Origin: an uncultured Planctomycetia bacterium
GTDB lineage: Bacteria > Omnitrophota > Gorgyraeia > 2-02-FULL-51-18
Length of the DNA: 35,010 bases
Reading direction: 5' to 3'
Assembly (NCBI GenBank): GCA_964447745.1
Contig: CAYUTV010000002.1
Location: 1 to 35,010 of the forward strand
Positions 1 to 7,701 of the stretch are shown here, one piece after another; the first letter of the stretch is position 1; every line of letters begins with the position of its first letter. A model generated the notes under the pieces. It was given only the letters and a program-made list of their open reading frames with translations. It was not told the origin of the DNA and searched no databases. The position numbers and the translations under genes were made by a program.

Positions 1-860
1 TGTGCCGCATCCCGTCCAGATACAAAAAGCCGATTCTCGTCAGTTCCACCGACGGTGTAGGCACCAAGCTCAAGGCGGCGACCGAGGCGGGTATCTTTGA
101 AGGCCTCGGCATTGATCTCGTCGCGATGAACGTGAACGATATTTTAACGATGGGTGCGGAGCCGTTATTTTTTCTGGATTACTTCGCGATCGGAAAACTC
201 GAACCCAAACTCATGAAAGACGTCTTGAAGGGGATCGCCGAAGGCTGCCGGCAGGCGGGCTGCGCTCTCATAGGCGGCGAAACGGCCGAAATGCCGGGAC
301 TGTACGCCAAGGGAGATTTTGATATCGCGGGATTTTGCGTCGGCGTCGTGGAAGAAAACGGGATCGTCGACGGTAGCAAGGTCAAAGACGGGGATGTCAT
401 CATCGGTGTTGCGTCGAGCGGGGTTCACTCCAACGGTTTTTCTTTCGTACGCAAAGTATTCAAGCCCTCATTTATCAAACAGCACGCCGAAGAGATCCTG
501 AAACCCACGCGCATTTACGTGAAATCTGTTCTTCCTCTGATGGAAAAAGAATGGGTGCACGCGGCGGCGCACATCACGGGCGGCGGATTCATCGACAACA
601 TTCCCCGTGTTTTGCCCGACGGCTGCGCGGCCAAGATTCATATGGGCTCATGGCCCGTTCCGAGAGTGTTCGGCTGGATTCAGGAACAGGGGCATGTGCA
701 GATCAAAGAAATGTACCGTACGTTCAACATGGGAATCGGCATGGTGCTCGTCACACGCCGGGAAAATGCCCTCAAAGTGATCGCGCATTTGTCCAAACAC
801 AAAGAGCGTGCGTGGATCATCGGCGATATTATTAAAGGCGAAGGAGTTTATTTACAGTGA
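1..860 (+). CDS. purM: Phosphoribosylformylglycinamidine cyclo-ligase (AIR synthetase), 5'-truncated by the window edge
   Basis: The reading frame is open from base 3. Translation gives ...PILVSSTDGVGTKLK...GIDLVAMNVNDIL..., the classic PurM N-terminal motifs. The tracked ORF 126..860 is only the internal-Met part. The stop TGA overlaps the purD GTG start (GTGA). Confidence 0.95.
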   Translation, partial: CRIPSRYKKPILVSSTDGVGTKLKAATEAGIFEGLGIDLVAMNVNDILTMGAEPLFFLDYFAIGKLEPKLMKDVLKGIAEGCRQAGCALIGGETAEMPGLYAKGDFDIAGFCVGVVEENGIVDGSKVKDGDVIIGVASSGVHSNGFSFVRKVFKPSFIKQHAEEILKPTRIYVKSVLPLMEKEWVHAAAHITGGGFIDNIPRVLPDGCAAKIHMGSWPVPRVFGWIQEQGHVQIKEMYRTFNMGIGMVLVTRRENALKVIAHLSKHKERAWIIGDIIKGEGVYLQ

Positions 861-2137
861 AAGTTCTAGTAATCGGAAACGGCGGCAGGGAACACGCGAT
901 CTGCTGGAAATTATCACAAAGTCCCAAATTGACCAAGCTCTATTGCGCTCCAGGTAACGGCGGAACGGCAGATGTGGCCGAAAATGTGGACATTGCCGCC
1001 AAGGATCAAGAAGGACTTTTGAAATTTTGCAAAAAAACAGGCATCGACCTTGTCATAGTCGGTCCCGAAGCGCCGCTGGTCGAAGGCATCGTTGACCGAT
1101 TTACCAAAGAAGGAATCAAGATTTTCGGACCCAGCCAGTTTGCCGCCCAGCTTGAAGGTTCCAAAGTTTTTTCAAAGGAAATGATGAAGAAGCTGGGAAT
1201 CCCCACGGGCGAATTTGAAGTTTTTACCTCGGCTGACAAGGCGATGGATTACGTCGCCAAGAAAAAGATTCCCATTGTGATCAAGGTGGACGGATTGGCC
1301 GGAGGTAAAGGAGTGGTGGTCGCGACCTCCATGCCCAAGGCGATGGAAGCCATTCACCTCTATATGGTGAAAAAGGTATTCGGTAAGGCTGGTGAACGCG
1401 TGGTAATCGAAGAGTGTTTGGAAGGCGAAGAGGCCTCAATCATCGCCGTCACCGACGGCGGCAGTGTTCGTTTGTTGGCATCTAGCCAGGACCATAAGCG
1501 CATTTTTGAAGGCGATACCGGCCCGAACACGGGCGGCATGGGTGCTTATTCTCCGGCACCGGTAGTAACCGAAGCCCTTGAAAAAGAAGTTATGGAAAAG
1601 GTTTTTAATCCGATCGTCAAGGAAATGGCGGCGCTCGGTCATCCGTTCAAAGGATTTCTCTACGCGGGCATCATGGTCACACCCAAAGGTTTCAGAGTCC
1701 TGGAGTTCAATGTCCGTTTGGGCGACCCTGAAACTCAGGCCATTCTGCCTCGTTTGGAAAACGATCTCCTGGAGATTTTTCTGGCCACCGTGGAAGACCG
1801 CCTGTCATCGGTTGACCTTAAATGGAAAGATGAGGACTGTGTTTGCGTCGTGATCGCGGCTCAGGGTTACCCTGAGGAGTATGAGACGGGAAAAAAGATC
1901 GCCGGGCTCACCGCGGCGAAGGAGAAGCAGGACATTCAGATATTTCATGCCGGTACGAAGCGCGAGAACGGAGACCTTCTGACGGCCGGAGGACGGGTGT
2001 TAAACGTGGTCGGCTGCGGCCGCGGAATTTTCGGCGCGTTGTCCAAAACCTATGAGGCCGTTGAAAAGATATTCTTCGACAAGATGTATTACCGCAAAGA
2101 CATCGGTCACCGCGCCGCCAAAGCGGTCAAAAACTAG
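857..2137 (+). CDS. purD: Phosphoribosylamine--glycine ligase (GAR synthetase)
   Basis: 426 aa. The N-terminus [19 protein letters not shown] is typical of PurD, and the length and ATP-grasp layout fit. GTG start has a 4-nt overlap with purM. Confidence 0.95.
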   Translation: MKVLVIGNGGREHAICWKLSQSPKLTKLYCAPGNGGTADVAENVDIAAKDQEGLLKFCKKTGIDLVIVGPEAPLVEGIVDRFTKEGIKIFGPSQFAAQLEGSKVFSKEMMKKLGIPTGEFEVFTSADKAMDYVAKKKIPIVIKVDGLAGGKGVVVATSMPKAMEAIHLYMVKKVFGKAGERVVIEECLEGEEASIIAVTDGGSVRLLASSQDHKRIFEGDTGPNTGGMGAYSPAPVVTEALEKEVMEKVFNPIVKEMAALGHPFKGFLYAGIMVTPKGFRVLEFNVRLGDPETQAILPRLENDLLEIFLATVEDRLSSVDLKWKDEDCVCVVIAAQGYPEEYETGKKIAGLTAAKEKQDIQIFHAGTKRENGDLLTAGGRVLNVVGCGRGIFGALSKTYEAVEKIFFDKMYYRKDIGHRAAKAVKN

Positions 2138-2149
2138 AAAGGAAACATT

Positions 2150-2638
2150 ATGAAAGCACTTGTGGCTATTTTGATGGGCAGTGATTCAGACGCACCGCAG
2201 TTGAAGCCCTGTGGCGATGTCTTGAGAGAATTGGGAATTCCGTTTGTCGCGAAAGTGCTGTCGGCACACCGCACGCCCAAGGAAACCGTGGAGTTTGTTG
2301 AAAAAACGGCTCCCGAAATGGGCGTCAAAATATTCATCTGCGCAGCAGGCGGGGCGGCTCATTTGGCCGGCGTTGTCGCAGCACATACCACGCTGCCGGT
2401 TATCGGTTACCCCATTGAGTCACCTTTCATGAATGGCCTGGATTCTCTTTTATCGACGGTACAAATGCCCGGCGGAATTCCCGTGGCGACCGTTGCCGTG
2501 GGTTCGGGGGGTGCCAAGAATGCCGGATTTCTCGCCGGTAGAATTTTGGGCATTTCGGAAGAGAAATTCTCAAAAGCTATTCAGAAGTACAAAGACACGA
2601 ACCGCAAGAGCATCCTGGCGAAGGAAGTCACCTTATAG
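2150..2638 (+). CDS. purE: N5-carboxyaminoimidazole ribonucleotide mutase (PurE family)
   Basis: 162 aa with the MGSDSD and AAGGAAHLAGV motifs characteristic of PurE. GAAAGGA lies upstream of the ATG. Confidence 0.92.
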   Translation: MKALVAILMGSDSDAPQLKPCGDVLRELGIPFVAKVLSAHRTPKETVEFVEKTAPEMGVKIFICAAGGAAHLAGVVAAHTTLPVIGYPIESPFMNGLDSLLSTVQMPGGIPVATVAVGSGGAKNAGFLAGRILGISEEKFSKAIQKYKDTNRKSILAKEVTL

Positions 2639-3069
2639 TGAAGAAAATTCTCTTTGTCTGCACGGGAAATAGCTGCCGGTCGGTAATGGCCGAAGGGTTG
2701 TTCCGTACTTTGGTCAAAGACAGGAGCGATGAATTTCTTGTGGCCTCGGCCGGAATCAGCGCCATCGACGGCTTTCCCGCGACCGAAGAAACGATCCGCG
2801 CGATGAGTGACGAAGGGATCGATGTTTCCCAGCATCGCAGCCGGCGTTTATCCCGGGAGCTGGTTGAGGAAGCGGACAAAATTTATGCGATGGAGCATCT
2901 GCACCGGGATTATATTTTGAGTCTCTATCCGGAAGCGGCCGACAAGGTTTCGTTATTGAGCGGACAGGGCCAGGGGATTCCCGATCCCATACGCATGTCC
3001 TCGTCATTTTATAAGAGCACACTGGACGCCATTAAACAGCACTTAAAGAGAATCGTGGAGGAATTGTGA
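2638..3069 (+). CDS. Low-molecular-weight protein phosphatase (CX5R P-loop), YwlE-like
   Basis: 143 aa. The N-terminal P-loop is VCTGNSCRS (Cys8-X5-Arg14-Ser), and a downstream DP motif (GIPDPI) is present. GTG start overlaps the purE stop by 1 nt. The gene order phosphatase-rpiB-glyA matches B. subtilis ywlE-ywlF-glyA. Confidence 0.85.
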   Translation: MKKILFVCTGNSCRSVMAEGLFRTLVKDRSDEFLVASAGISAIDGFPATEETIRAMSDEGIDVSQHRSRRLSRELVEEADKIYAMEHLHRDYILSLYPEAADKVSLLSGQGQGIPDPIRMSSSFYKSTLDAIKQHLKRIVEEL

Positions 3070-3539
3070 AGATCGCATTGGGCGCCGACCACGGCGGATT
3101 CGCGTTAAAACAAGAGATCTCGGACTTTTTGGCCAAACGCGGTTACAAGACCGTGGATTACGGAACGAAATCCGCGGATTCCTGCGACTATCCGCTATTC
3201 GCGTACAAGGTAGGTAAAGCGGTCTCTGAAAAAAAAGTGGATTTGGGTATTCTTATTTGCAAAAGCGGCAACGGCATGGCGATCGTGGCCAATAAACTGC
3301 CCGGCGTTCGCGCGGCCATTTGTTTTGATAAAAACGTCGCCGTTCTTTCGCGTCAACACAACGACGCCAACGTTTTGGTGCTGGGCTCCGAGCATATTCT
3401 CGACGAACCCGATGTGATCGTGGAAGCGTGGCTCGAGGCTCCGTTTGAAGGCGGCCGCCACAAGCGTCGCGTCGGGCAGATCTCCAAATTCGAAGAAAAG
3501 ATTTGCGGAAAAAAAAGAAAGGTGGGTTCCAAAAAATGA
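3066..3539 (+). CDS. rpiB: Ribose-5-phosphate isomerase B
   Basis: 157 aa. [18 protein letters not shown] and [14 protein letters not shown] are RpiB/LacAB family motifs. GTG start overlaps the upstream stop (GTGA). Confidence 0.9.
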   Translation: MKIALGADHGGFALKQEISDFLAKRGYKTVDYGTKSADSCDYPLFAYKVGKAVSEKKVDLGILICKSGNGMAIVANKLPGVRAAICFDKNVAVLSRQHNDANVLVLGSEHILDEPDVIVEAWLEAPFEGGRHKRRVGQISKFEEKICGKKRKVGSKK

Positions 3540-4819
3540 ATTCATTGAAAAAAACGGATCCGGAAGTCTTCAAAGCGATTTTAAAAGAAACGCACCGCCA
3601 GAACGACAACATCGAGCTCATCGCGAGTGAAAATTTTACAAGCATGGCTGTCATGGAGGCGGTTGGTTCTCCGTTGACGAACAAATACGCCGAGGGTTAC
3701 CCCGAAAAACGCTGGTACGGCGGTTGCGAGAACGTGGACGTTGTGGAAGCGCTGGCCATCGAACGCGCTAAAAAGCTTTTTGGTGCTGAACACGCCAATG
3801 TCCAACCTCACTCGGGATCCCAGGCCAATGCGGCGGTTTATTTTTCCGCACTGAAGCCCGGGGACACGGTACTGGCGATGAATCTGGCGCACGGCGGACA
3901 CCTTACGCACGGTCACGCCATGAATTTCTCGGGCAAATTTTTTAAGATAGTGCCTTACGGCGTCAGCGCCAAAGATGAACGCATTGACTATGACGAGGTG
4001 GAATCATTGGCATTGGAACACAAGCCGCAGATGATTCTTGCGGGTGCTTCGGCGTATCCGCGTATCATTGATTTCGAGCGTTTTCGCAAGATCTGCGACA
4101 AAGTCGGCGCCATCTTTTTTGTGGATATGGCGCATATCGCGGGTCTTGTCGCGGCGGGTCTGCATCCGAGTCCGGTGCCTTACGCGGAATTCGTCACAAC
4201 GACCACGCACAAGACGCTTCGCGGGCCCAGGGGCGGTCTGATCCTTTGCCGCAATGAATTCGCCAAGAAAATCGATTCCGAGATTTTTCCCGGAATCCAG
4301 GGCGGCCCTTTGGAACATGTGATCGCCGGGAAGGCAGTCGCATTGAAAGAGGCGCTCGAGCCTTCGTTCAAGGATTACCAGAAGCAAATCGTGAAGAACG
4401 CAAAGGTCCTCTCTGAGGAACTCGCCAAAAAGGGCTACCGGCTTGTGTCGGGAGGAACGGACAACCATTTGATGCTGGTGGATGTCGCTAAAAAAGGGCT
4501 GACCGGCAAAGACAGCGCCGAAGCGCTCGATAAAGCGGCGATCACGGTGAATAAGAATTCCATTCCTTTCGATACGCAGAGCCCCTTTAAAGGCGGCGGG
4601 ATACGTCTAGGCACGCCGGCCGTCACGACGCGCGGTATGAAGGAAAAAGAGATGACGCAGATTGCTGGGTGGATCGACCAGGTATTGGCGTCCATCAGCT
4701 CGGAGGAGAAAATCGCGAAGGTTCGTCAGGAAGTATTGGCGCTGACCAAGAATTATCCTTTGTATCCGGATCTCTTGGCGCACATGGACTCTAAACAGCT
4801 GGCCGGAGCCAACCGCTGA
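3536..4819 (+). CDS. glyA: Serine hydroxymethyltransferase
   Basis: The PLP-lysine motif [13 protein letters not shown] is present and the protein resembles GlyA along its whole length. I place the start at the internal ATG 3536 ([12 protein letters not shown]...), which overlaps the rpiB stop as ATGA. The tracked 3503 start would add a KKKKGG extension lying inside rpiB. Confidence 0.94.
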   Translation: MNSLKKTDPEVFKAILKETHRQNDNIELIASENFTSMAVMEAVGSPLTNKYAEGYPEKRWYGGCENVDVVEALAIERAKKLFGAEHANVQPHSGSQANAAVYFSALKPGDTVLAMNLAHGGHLTHGHAMNFSGKFFKIVPYGVSAKDERIDYDEVESLALEHKPQMILAGASAYPRIIDFERFRKICDKVGAIFFVDMAHIAGLVAAGLHPSPVPYAEFVTTTTHKTLRGPRGGLILCRNEFAKKIDSEIFPGIQGGPLEHVIAGKAVALKEALEPSFKDYQKQIVKNAKVLSEELAKKGYRLVSGGTDNHLMLVDVAKKGLTGKDSAEALDKAAITVNKNSIPFDTQSPFKGGGIRLGTPAVTTRGMKEKEMTQIAGWIDQVLASISSEEKIAKVRQEVLALTKNYPLYPDLLAHMDSKQLAGANR

Positions 4820-5277
4820 TGAAGTGTCCTTTCTGCTCACACGCAGAGGACAAGGTCATCGATTCGCGTTCCGCGAACGAAGACAAAAGCATTCGCCGCC
4901 GCCGCGAATGCCTTAAATGCAAAAAGCGTTTCACCACCTATGAATATGTCGAAGAAACTCCGCTCATGGTCATCAAGAAGGACGGCCGCCGCGAAGGGTT
5001 TGATAGAAACAAGGTGATCGCGGGTATTCTAAAGGCCTGCGAGAAGCGCCCTGTCAGCATCGAAAAAGTCGAAGTGATCGTCGACAAAGTCGAGAAAGAG
5101 CTCCAGAAAAATTTTGACAAAGAAGTGCGCGCGCAGGTGGTGGGCGAAATCGTGATGGAGCATCTCCATAAACTCGACGAAGTCGCGTACGTGCGTTTCG
5201 CGTCCGTTTATCGCCAGTTTAAAGACATCAATCACTTCATGAAGGAATTGAAGGATTTGTTAAAAAAGGGGGGATAG
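4819..5277 (+). CDS. nrdR: Transcriptional repressor NrdR (zinc ribbon plus ATP-cone)
   Basis: 152 aa. MKCPFCSH...[12 protein letters not shown] is the zinc ribbon, followed by an ATP-cone-like region. The ATG overlaps the glyA TGA by 1 nt. Confidence 0.93.
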   Translation: MKCPFCSHAEDKVIDSRSANEDKSIRRRRECLKCKKRFTTYEYVEETPLMVIKKDGRREGFDRNKVIAGILKACEKRPVSIEKVEVIVDKVEKELQKNFDKEVRAQVVGEIVMEHLHKLDEVAYVRFASVYRQFKDINHFMKELKDLLKKGG

Positions 5278-5284
5278 GGAGGAA

Positions 5285-6445
5285 TTAGTTCTCTTCGTCT
5301 TCGCCGAACAGTTTTCTCAGAACCTCGACGTCTATATTGGCCTTCTCCCGCAGTTCCGCGAGTATCTTGTCCATCGACTTATCGGCCTCAGATTCGATAT
5401 AAATTTCCTTAAATTCTTTTTTATCTTTCTCGAAATTCACGTTATCCGCGGGAGTCACTTTTTGGACCTGAAGCACCACAACGCCTTCCTTAAGCATCAG
5501 AGGATTCGACGTCTCGCCTTCCTTGAGTCCCGCGATCACCTGCTCTACTTCGGGATTAGCGCCCAACGAGGGGAGTGTCACGCCCTTCACGAAGTTCTCC
5601 ACGGTGACCGGCTGCAATCCTTCCGTCTGCCCGACTTTGTCAATGCCGTCCGCCGCTATTTTAACGCGCAGCTCCTCAGCCTTTTTAAATAGTTCGCTCT
5701 TAGCCTTTTGCTCGGCGATGATGGATTCGATCTTTTCGTCTGAGGCCGCTTTTTCCAACGGCTTGCCGGTGTTTTCGTCGGTGAGCTTGGAGGCTAGGAG
5801 CGGCGTGACCTTCTCAATCTCATCCGGAGTGACCGTCTGAGACGCGATCAAAGCGGGATCGGCTGCGAATAAAATATAAGAGACCGTCTTTGGACCTTTT
5901 TCGGCGTCGTATGCCTTTCGCAGAGCGTCGTCAGAAACCACGACCTGTGACTTTAGCTTGGCGCGTATTTTTTCCAACGTCAGCGTGCCGCGTATCTCTT
6001 CCTCAAACACGCGCGTGGTAGTGCGGAGGTAACGATCGATGAGGCGCTGATACAAGTCCATGCTCAGAGCACCTTTTTCCATAAAAACGGGCTGAGAGCC
6101 GATCCATCTCACCACTTCGGCGTCGGATGTCTTAAGGCCGTTTTTCCGGGCGTAATGGAGCAGCAGAAGCCGATCCATCGCCTGTCCGCGGATGTTGAAA
6201 TAGGGGAGCAGCTGGTTGGCTTTGTCTCCGTACACCATTTGAACCTGGTGATACAGCGCTGAGTAACTGTCCTTATAATCTTTGACGGTGATCTTTTTCC
6301 CGTCGATGGTTCCCAGGGTAAAAGGAGATTGCTTATTTTCATCTCCAACCTGTACGCCCCAGATCAAGAAGGCGGGCAAAACGCCTATCGCTATGAGAAT
6401 GTAAATCTTTTTTTGGGTACTTTTATTGCGGAGATGTTTAAGCAT
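5285..6445 (-). CDS. Membrane-anchored periplasmic chaperone, PpiD/SurA-N-like (parvulin-like region degenerate)
   Basis: 386 aa. There is an N-terminal TM helix (IYILIAIGVLPAFLIWGV). The SurA_N-like segment (GKKITVKDYKDSY...LLLHYARKNGLKTSDAEV) and the C-terminal GETSNPLMLKEGVVVLQVQKV resemble the end of a parvulin domain. Assignment is by resemblance only. Confidence 0.55.
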   Translation of the reverse strand: MLKHLRNKSTQKKIYILIAIGVLPAFLIWGVQVGDENKQSPFTLGTIDGKKITVKDYKDSYSALYHQVQMVYGDKANQLLPYFNIRGQAMDRLLLLHYARKNGLKTSDAEVVRWIGSQPVFMEKGALSMDLYQRLIDRYLRTTTRVFEEEIRGTLTLEKIRAKLKSQVVVSDDALRKAYDAEKGPKTVSYILFAADPALIASQTVTPDEIEKVTPLLASKLTDENTGKPLEKAASDEKIESIIAEQKAKSELFKKAEELRVKIAADGIDKVGQTEGLQPVTVENFVKGVTLPSLGANPEVEQVIAGLKEGETSNPLMLKEGVVVLQVQKVTPADNVNFEKDKKEFKEIYIESEADKSMDKILAELREKANIDVEVLRKLFGEDEEN

Positions 6446-6475
6446 AAGACGGGATTATACCTAATGGCCTTCAAA

Positions 6476-6505
6476 TTGACAACATCAATTAAGCCATGTT
6501 ATACT
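6476..6505 (+). promoter_or_regulatory. Candidate sigma70-type promoter for hisG (TTGACA-N18-TATACT)
   Basis: A perfect -35 hexamer TTGACA sits at 6476..6481 and TATACT at 6500..6505, in the AT-rich divergent intergenic region. The 18-nt spacing is slightly long. Confidence 0.4.
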
Positions 6506-6513
6506 TGGTCAAT

Positions 6514-6540
6514 CATAAATTAACCAGCAGTTAATTTATG
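6514..6540. promoter_or_regulatory. Perfect 11-bp inverted repeat, CATAAATTAAC-cagca-GTTAATTTATG (operator or 5' RNA hairpin)
   Basis: Verified by direct reverse-complementing. It lies 9 nt downstream of the candidate -10, so it covers the predicted transcription start of hisG. Confidence 0.45.
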
Positions 6541-6561
6541 TAACTACTTCAAACCAATAAG

Positions 6562-6600
6562 CATGGGTTTTTTCCATGAGGGCGGGCGTAACTCCCGCCC
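6562..6600 (+). promoter_or_regulatory. Two tandem stem-loops in the hisG leader
   Basis: CATGG-gtttttt-CCATG at 6562..6578 and GGGCGGG-cgtaact-CCCGCCC at 6580..6600. The second is GC-rich and is followed by TTGTCTATCT, a weak U-tract. Function is unknown. Confidence 0.3.
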
Positions 6601-6624
6601 TTGTCTATCTCAGAAAGGTGTCTG

Positions 6625-7509
6625 GTGTCTAGCTCTACGAAGTTAAAGTTAGGTCTTCCTAAAGGCAGTTTGCAAGAATCAACCATCAAGATGTTCAAGA
6701 AGGCCGGCTATAATATTTCCATTAGCTCAAGGTCTTACTTTCCTTATATTGACGATCCGGAAATCGAGTGCGTTTTGATTCGTGCTCAAGAGATGTCACG
6801 CTACGTCGAAGACGGCGCTCTTGATTGCGGCATTACCGGTGAAGATTGGATTCAAGAGAACGGCTCCCAAGTTGTTCGCGTGCAAGAACTTGTGTACGCT
6901 AAGACCGGCATGAACCCGGTGCGCTGGGTTCTGGCTGTTCCGAATGATTCGAAGATTCACTCCGCGAAGGATTTGCAGGGTAAACGCATCGCCACGGAGC
7001 TCAAGGGTTTTACGGAAAAATACCTTAAGAGCAAGGGTGTTGAGGCCGACGTAGAGTTCAGCTGGGGCGCCACCGAGGTGAAAGTGGGCTCGGGCCTTGT
7101 TGACGCGATCGTTGAACTGACGGAGACGGGATCTTCGCTGAAGGCGAATAATCTGCGCATCGTTGAAACGCTTTGCCACTCCACCACTCAGTTCATCGCG
7201 AATGAAAAAGTCTGGAAAGACGAAAAGAAGAAGTTAAAGATGCAGCACATCGCGATGCTTCTCATCGGCGCGATTCATGCCGAAGCCAAGGTCGGTCTGA
7301 AGATGAACGTCGAAGAAAAAAATCTGAAGAAAATTATTTCTCTGTTACCCGCGATGAAAAAGCCGACGGTCGCGAACTTGACCGAACCCGGTTGGGTGGA
7401 CGTTGACACGATCATCGATGAGAAAATCGTAAGGGATCTTATTCCGCGGTTGAAAGAAGCGGGCGCGGAAGGAATTATCGAGTATCCATTAAACAAGGTT
7501 ATTTACTAG
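6625..7509 (+). CDS. hisG: ATP phosphoribosyltransferase, long form with C-terminal regulatory domain
   Basis: [23 protein letters not shown] and [12 protein letters not shown] match HisG, and at roughly 295-302 aa it is the long form. The start is uncertain. I favour GTG 6625, preceded by GAAAGG at 6613..6618, over the tracked TTG 6601, which falls directly after the hairpin. Confidence 0.9.
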   Translation: MSSSTKLKLGLPKGSLQESTIKMFKKAGYNISISSRSYFPYIDDPEIECVLIRAQEMSRYVEDGALDCGITGEDWIQENGSQVVRVQELVYAKTGMNPVRWVLAVPNDSKIHSAKDLQGKRIATELKGFTEKYLKSKGVEADVEFSWGATEVKVGSGLVDAIVELTETGSSLKANNLRIVETLCHSTTQFIANEKVWKDEKKKLKMQHIAMLLIGAIHAEAKVGLKMNVEEKNLKKIISLLPAMKKPTVANLTEPGWVDVDTIIDEKIVRDLIPRLKEAGAEGIIEYPLNKVIY

Positions 7510-7521
7510 TAGGAGAGCCAA

Positions 7522-7611
7522 GTGCCCTGCGGAAGAAAAAGAAAACGCCATAAAATGGCGGTTCATAAAAGAAAAAAGAGACGCAGAAGAGACAGACACA
7601 AGAAGAGATAA
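7522..7611 (+). CDS. 29-aa highly basic micro-protein resembling ribosomal protein bS22 (AURKAIP1/COX24-domain family)
   Basis: Not in the ORF track because it is under 60 aa. AGGAGA at 7511..7516 is followed 5 nt later by GTG, giving MPCGRKRKRHKMAVHKRKKRRRRDRHKKR and then TAA. The core HKMAxHKRKKR...RHKK matches my recollection of the bS22 family. Confidence 0.7.
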   Translation: MPCGRKRKRHKMAVHKRKKRRRRDRHKKR

Positions 7612-7701
7612 GAGGTTCTTCTTCAGTCACGGTCTTTTCGACGTTCAAAGCATTATCAAACCCTTCAAGGGACCTGTTTTCTCTCAAGAAAGAGGTATCG
7701 C

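Noticed and set aside
857-867. The 11-nt string GTGAAAGTTCT occurs at both the purD start (857) and the ispE start (10334).
   Set aside because: Both encode the common N-terminus M-K-V-L. The flanking sequence is unrelated, so I treat this as coincidence rather than a repeat element.
3503-3535. N-terminal extensions implied by the longest-ORF track: glyA from 3503, rpsF from 16019, lpxI from 24894, the oxidoreductase from 29961 and tsf from 32692.
   Set aside because: The extensions lie inside the preceding gene (or overlap msbA) and encode non-conserved sequence. Internal starts with an SD or with ATGA/GTGA-type coupling give proteins that begin at the conserved family N-termini.
6464-6523. 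A 19-codon ORF (MAFKLTTSIKPCYTWSIIN) in the divergent intergenic region.
   Set aside because: It has no ribosome-binding site, it overlaps the candidate hisG promoter hexamers, and its composition simply reflects AT-rich spacer DNA.
6563-6646. A possible 27-codon leader peptide ([27 protein letters not shown]) spanning the hisG leader hairpins, considered as a histidine attenuator peptide.
   Set aside because: It contains a single His codon, has no SD and runs out of frame into hisG. It does not resemble a His-rich attenuation leader.
7612-7701. The 90-nt spacer between the bS22-like ORF and ftsH, and the 62-aa antisense ORF at 7499..7687.
   Set aside because: I found only 4-5 bp complementarities, such as CCCTT-c-AAGGG with a 1-nt loop, which is not a real hairpin. 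The antisense ORF is the mirror of the Arg/Lys-rich bS22-like gene (poly-Phe/Ser) and has no start context.
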